In this document: piece by piece, positions 19,090 through 21,237 of the stretch
Layout of the letters: the number at the start of each line of letters is the position of its first letter
How positions within the stretch are numbered: position 1 is the first letter of the stretch
Assembly (NCBI GenBank): GCA_037446215.1
Contig: JBBIJB010000015.1
Location: 15,840 to 37,076 of the forward strand
From: Armatimonadota bacterium
GTDB lineage: Bacteria; Sysuimicrobiota; Sysuimicrobiia; Sysuimicrobiales; Humicultoraceae
Direction of reading: 5' to 3'
DNA: 21,237 nucleotides
The notes under the pieces: generated by a model
Databases searched by the model: none
What the model was told of the DNA's origin: nothing
Seen by the model: the letters and a program-made list of their open reading frames with translations, nothing else
Program-made: the position numbers and the translations under genes

Positions 19090-20127
19090 TCACCCACGCC
19101 TGGAGAACGAAAGCACCTTCTTCAGCGTCTCGAGCTCCTCGAGCGCCCGCCCCGCCCCCATCACCACGGCGGCAAGGGGGTCATCGGTGAGCGAGACCGG
19201 CATGCCGGTCTCCTCTGCCAGGAGCCTGTCCATGCCGCGGAGCAGCGCCCCACCCCCGACCAGCACGATGCCCCGATCTACGATGTCTGCTGCCAGCTCC
19301 GGCGGCGTACGCTCCAGGGTCTGCTTGACAGCCTCCACGATGGCCTGGACCGGCTCGGCCATTGCCTCGCGGATCTCGGCGCTGGTCATCCGCACGGTGC
19401 GCGGCAGACCCGAAACCAGGTCGCGGCCGCGCACGTCCACGGCGCTCTCCTCGCGCGCCGGAAACGCGGAGCCGATCGCCAGCTTAATCTCCTCCGCGGA
19501 TCGCTCACCGATGAGGAGGTTGTACGCCCGCCTGGCGTACTGGATGACTGCCTCGTCGAGCTCGTCGCCCGCGATGCGTATGGACCGGCTGGCTACTATC
19601 CCGCCCAGCGCTATGACAGCGACTTCGGTAGTACCGCCGCCGATGTCGACCACCATGCTACCCACCGGCTCCGAGACCGGCATCCCGGCGCCGATCGCGG
19701 CCGCCATCGGCTCTTCGATCAGGTAGGCGTCCCGCGCGCCGGCCTGGAGCGTGGCATCAACCACCGCCCTCTTCTCCACCTCGGTGCAGCCCGACGGGAT
19801 CCCTACGACGACCCGCGGCCTGATCCACGTGCGGCCGTTGGAGGCCCTCCTGATGAAGTAGGTCAGCATCGCCGCGGTCGTGTCGAAGTCGGCGATCACG
19901 CCGTCCCGCAGCGGCCTCGTGGCGACTATGTCGCCGGGCGTGCGGCCGATCATCCTCTTGGCCTCCTCGCCGACCGCCAGGACGTGGCCGTCATCCACCC
20001 GCTTGGCCACCACGGACGGCTCACGCAGCACTATGCCGACGCGCCTCGCGTAGACAAGCGTGTTGGCCGTACCGAGGTCCACCCCCATGTCCCTGCTGAA
20101 CTGCGCCAGCAGACCGTCGAATATCAT
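19090..20127 (-). CDS. mreB: Rod shape-determining actin homologue MreB, 345 aa
   Basis: Motifs [32 protein letters not shown] and ERTPPEL. SD GGAGGAG 5 nt before ATG 20127 favours this start over GTG 20133. Confidence 0.98.
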   Translation of the reverse strand: MIFDGLLAQFSRDMGVDLGTANTLVYARRVGIVLREPSVVAKRVDDGHVLAVGEEAKRMIGRTPGDIVATRPLRDGVIADFDTTAAMLTYFIRRASNGRTWIRPRVVVGIPSGCTEVEKRAVVDATLQAGARDAYLIEEPMAAAIGAGMPVSEPVGSMVVDIGGGTTEVAVIALGGIVASRSIRIAGDELDEAVIQYARRAYNLLIGERSAEEIKLAIGSAFPAREESAVDVRGRDLVSGLPRTVRMTSAEIREAMAEPVQAIVEAVKQTLERTPPELAADIVDRGIVLVGGGALLRGMDRLLAEETGMPVSLTDDPLAAVVMGAGRALEELETLKKVLSFSRRG

Positions 20128-20149
20128 CCCCACTCCTCCCGGGCGCGGT

Positions 20150-20848
20150 TTATCCCGACAGCGCCCCGCGCTCTCTCAGACTCACGAACCTGCCGTCCCC
20201 CACTATCACATGGTCGAGGACCTCTATGCCCACGACCCGGCCGGCCTGCTCCAAGCGGCCGGTGATCCGTAGATCGTCACCGCTTGGCTCCGGGTCGCCG
20301 GACGGGTGGTTGTGCACGAGGATCAGCGCCGCCGCGCTCCGCCTTATCGCGTCCTTGAACACCTCGCGCGGGTGGATCTGCGCGCTGTCCAGGCCACCGA
20401 CCGCGACCCCAACAGTCTCAAGCACTTCGTGCCTGGTGTTCAGCAGAACCGTACAGAAGTGCTCCCGGTCGAGGTGCCTGAGGCGCCCGGCCATCAGCGC
20501 CGCCACGTCCGCCGGCCCCCTGATCGAGGCCCTGCGGCGGGCCGGAACGGCCTGTGCCCGCCTCCCCAACTCGAACGCCGCCAGCACCGCGCTCGCCTTG
20601 GCGGGCCCGATTCCGGCCACGCAGGCAAGCTGGTCGGGCCCGGCGCGGCCAAGCTCCTGAAGCGAGCCGAACGCGGCGAGCAGCCGTCCCGCCACCTCGG
20701 TCGCACTCAGCGCGCGCGATCCGGTGCCGAGTATCACGGAGAGGAGCTCCACCGACGAGAGCCCGGAGGCCCCGCTGTGGAGCAGGCGCTCCCTCGGGCG
20801 GTCTTCTGGAGGAAGGACTCGGACGGACAGCCCGCCTGCCACCGTCAT
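20150..20848 (-). CDS. radC: RadC family JAB-domain protein, 232 aa
   Basis: RPRERL, HhH motif [25 protein letters not shown] and VLDHVI. SD GGAG before ATG 20848. Confidence 0.95.
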   Translation of the reverse strand: MTVAGGLSVRVLPPEDRPRERLLHSGASGLSSVELLSVILGTGSRALSATEVAGRLLAAFGSLQELGRAGPDQLACVAGIGPAKASAVLAAFELGRRAQAVPARRRASIRGPADVAALMAGRLRHLDREHFCTVLLNTRHEVLETVGVAVGGLDSAQIHPREVFKDAIRRSAAALILVHNHPSGDPEPSGDDLRITGRLEQAGRVVGIEVLDHVIVGDGRFVSLRERGALSG

Positions 20849-20931
20849 CGACGCTCCGGCCGTGTCTGCACTTCGGCGCCACTGAAGCCCGGGACAGGGT
20901 TCGGCGGGCCCAGCCGGAGGAGGCAGCATCT

Positions 20932-21207
20932 CTAGAAGGACTGCACACCTACCTCTTCGAGCATGCGCGAGAGGAGGGCCAGGGGGAGCCCTACGACGCC
21001 GAAGTAGTCCCCCTCCAGCCGCTCCACGAATACCGCAGCACGGCCCTGAATGCCGTATGCCCCTGCCTTATCCATCGGCTCACCGGTTGCGACGTAGCGG
21101 AGGATCTCATCCTCCCTCAGGTCGCGGAAGCGCACGATCGTGGTGGAGTCCTCTGCACGGATCACACCCCGGCTCGCCGCAACGACGGCCACCCCGGTCA
21201 CGACGCT
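20932..21207 (-). CDS. maf: C-terminal fragment of Maf-family nucleoside triphosphate pyrophosphatase (5' part missing)
   Basis: [24 protein letters not shown] and GDY..VVGLP motifs. Canonical maf-radC-mreBCD order. Confidence 0.92.
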   Translation of the reverse strand, partial: SVVTGVAVVAASRGVIRAEDSTTIVRFRDLREDEILRYVATGEPMDKAGAYGIQGRAAVFVERLEGDYFGVVGLPLALLSRMLEEVGVQSF

Positions 21208-21237
21208 CGCCGCCGCCATCGACGGCAGCCGCGAGAA

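Noticed and set aside
13315..20265. Long plus-strand ORFs (13315..14934, 15701..17905, 18892..20265) and similar antisense ORFs elsewhere (189..1784, 9129..10136, 10260..11729)
   Set aside because: Shadow frames of well-supported genes in GC-rich DNA, with Arg/Pro/Gly/Ala-rich translations and no recognisable motifs.
20150..20848. radC as a marker of a mobile or anti-restriction element
   Set aside because: It is the full-length HhH plus JAB form in the standard chromosomal maf-radC-mreBCD context.

Overview
A GC-rich bacterial chromosomal segment, mostly conserved housekeeping genes on the minus strand: maf (partial), radC, mreB, mreC, mreD, mrdA, rodA, rne/rng, then rplU, rpmA, obgE, nadD, rsfS, a tandem GNAT, a small membrane protein, smpB, sua5 and ssrA (tmRNA, absent from the ORF track; tag ANTQYALAA). 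This gene order is Terrabacteria-like; finer taxonomy cannot be fixed from the window. Two plus-strand accessory blocks break the pattern. (1) At the left end is a Tat-exported Mo/W-bisPGD oxidoreductase operon: the tail of an FdnH-like Fe-S subunit, a PsrA/PhsA/SrrA-type catalytic subunit and a TorD-type chaperone. The chaperone seems to start at CTG and its last codons lie antisense inside the tmRNA 3' end. (2) Between rng and rplU are a Vpr-like S8 subtilase and an orphan PilX-like protein. The subtilase carries a single in-frame TAG that splits its catalytic triad and lies downstream of a sigmaH-like promoter. I saw no CRISPR array, IS element or integrase, and I cannot demonstrate a new biological system. 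The best leads are the amber-split protease, the torD/tmRNA overlap, the mixed-type molybdoenzyme operon and the genes embedded in the ribosome-rescue cluster.
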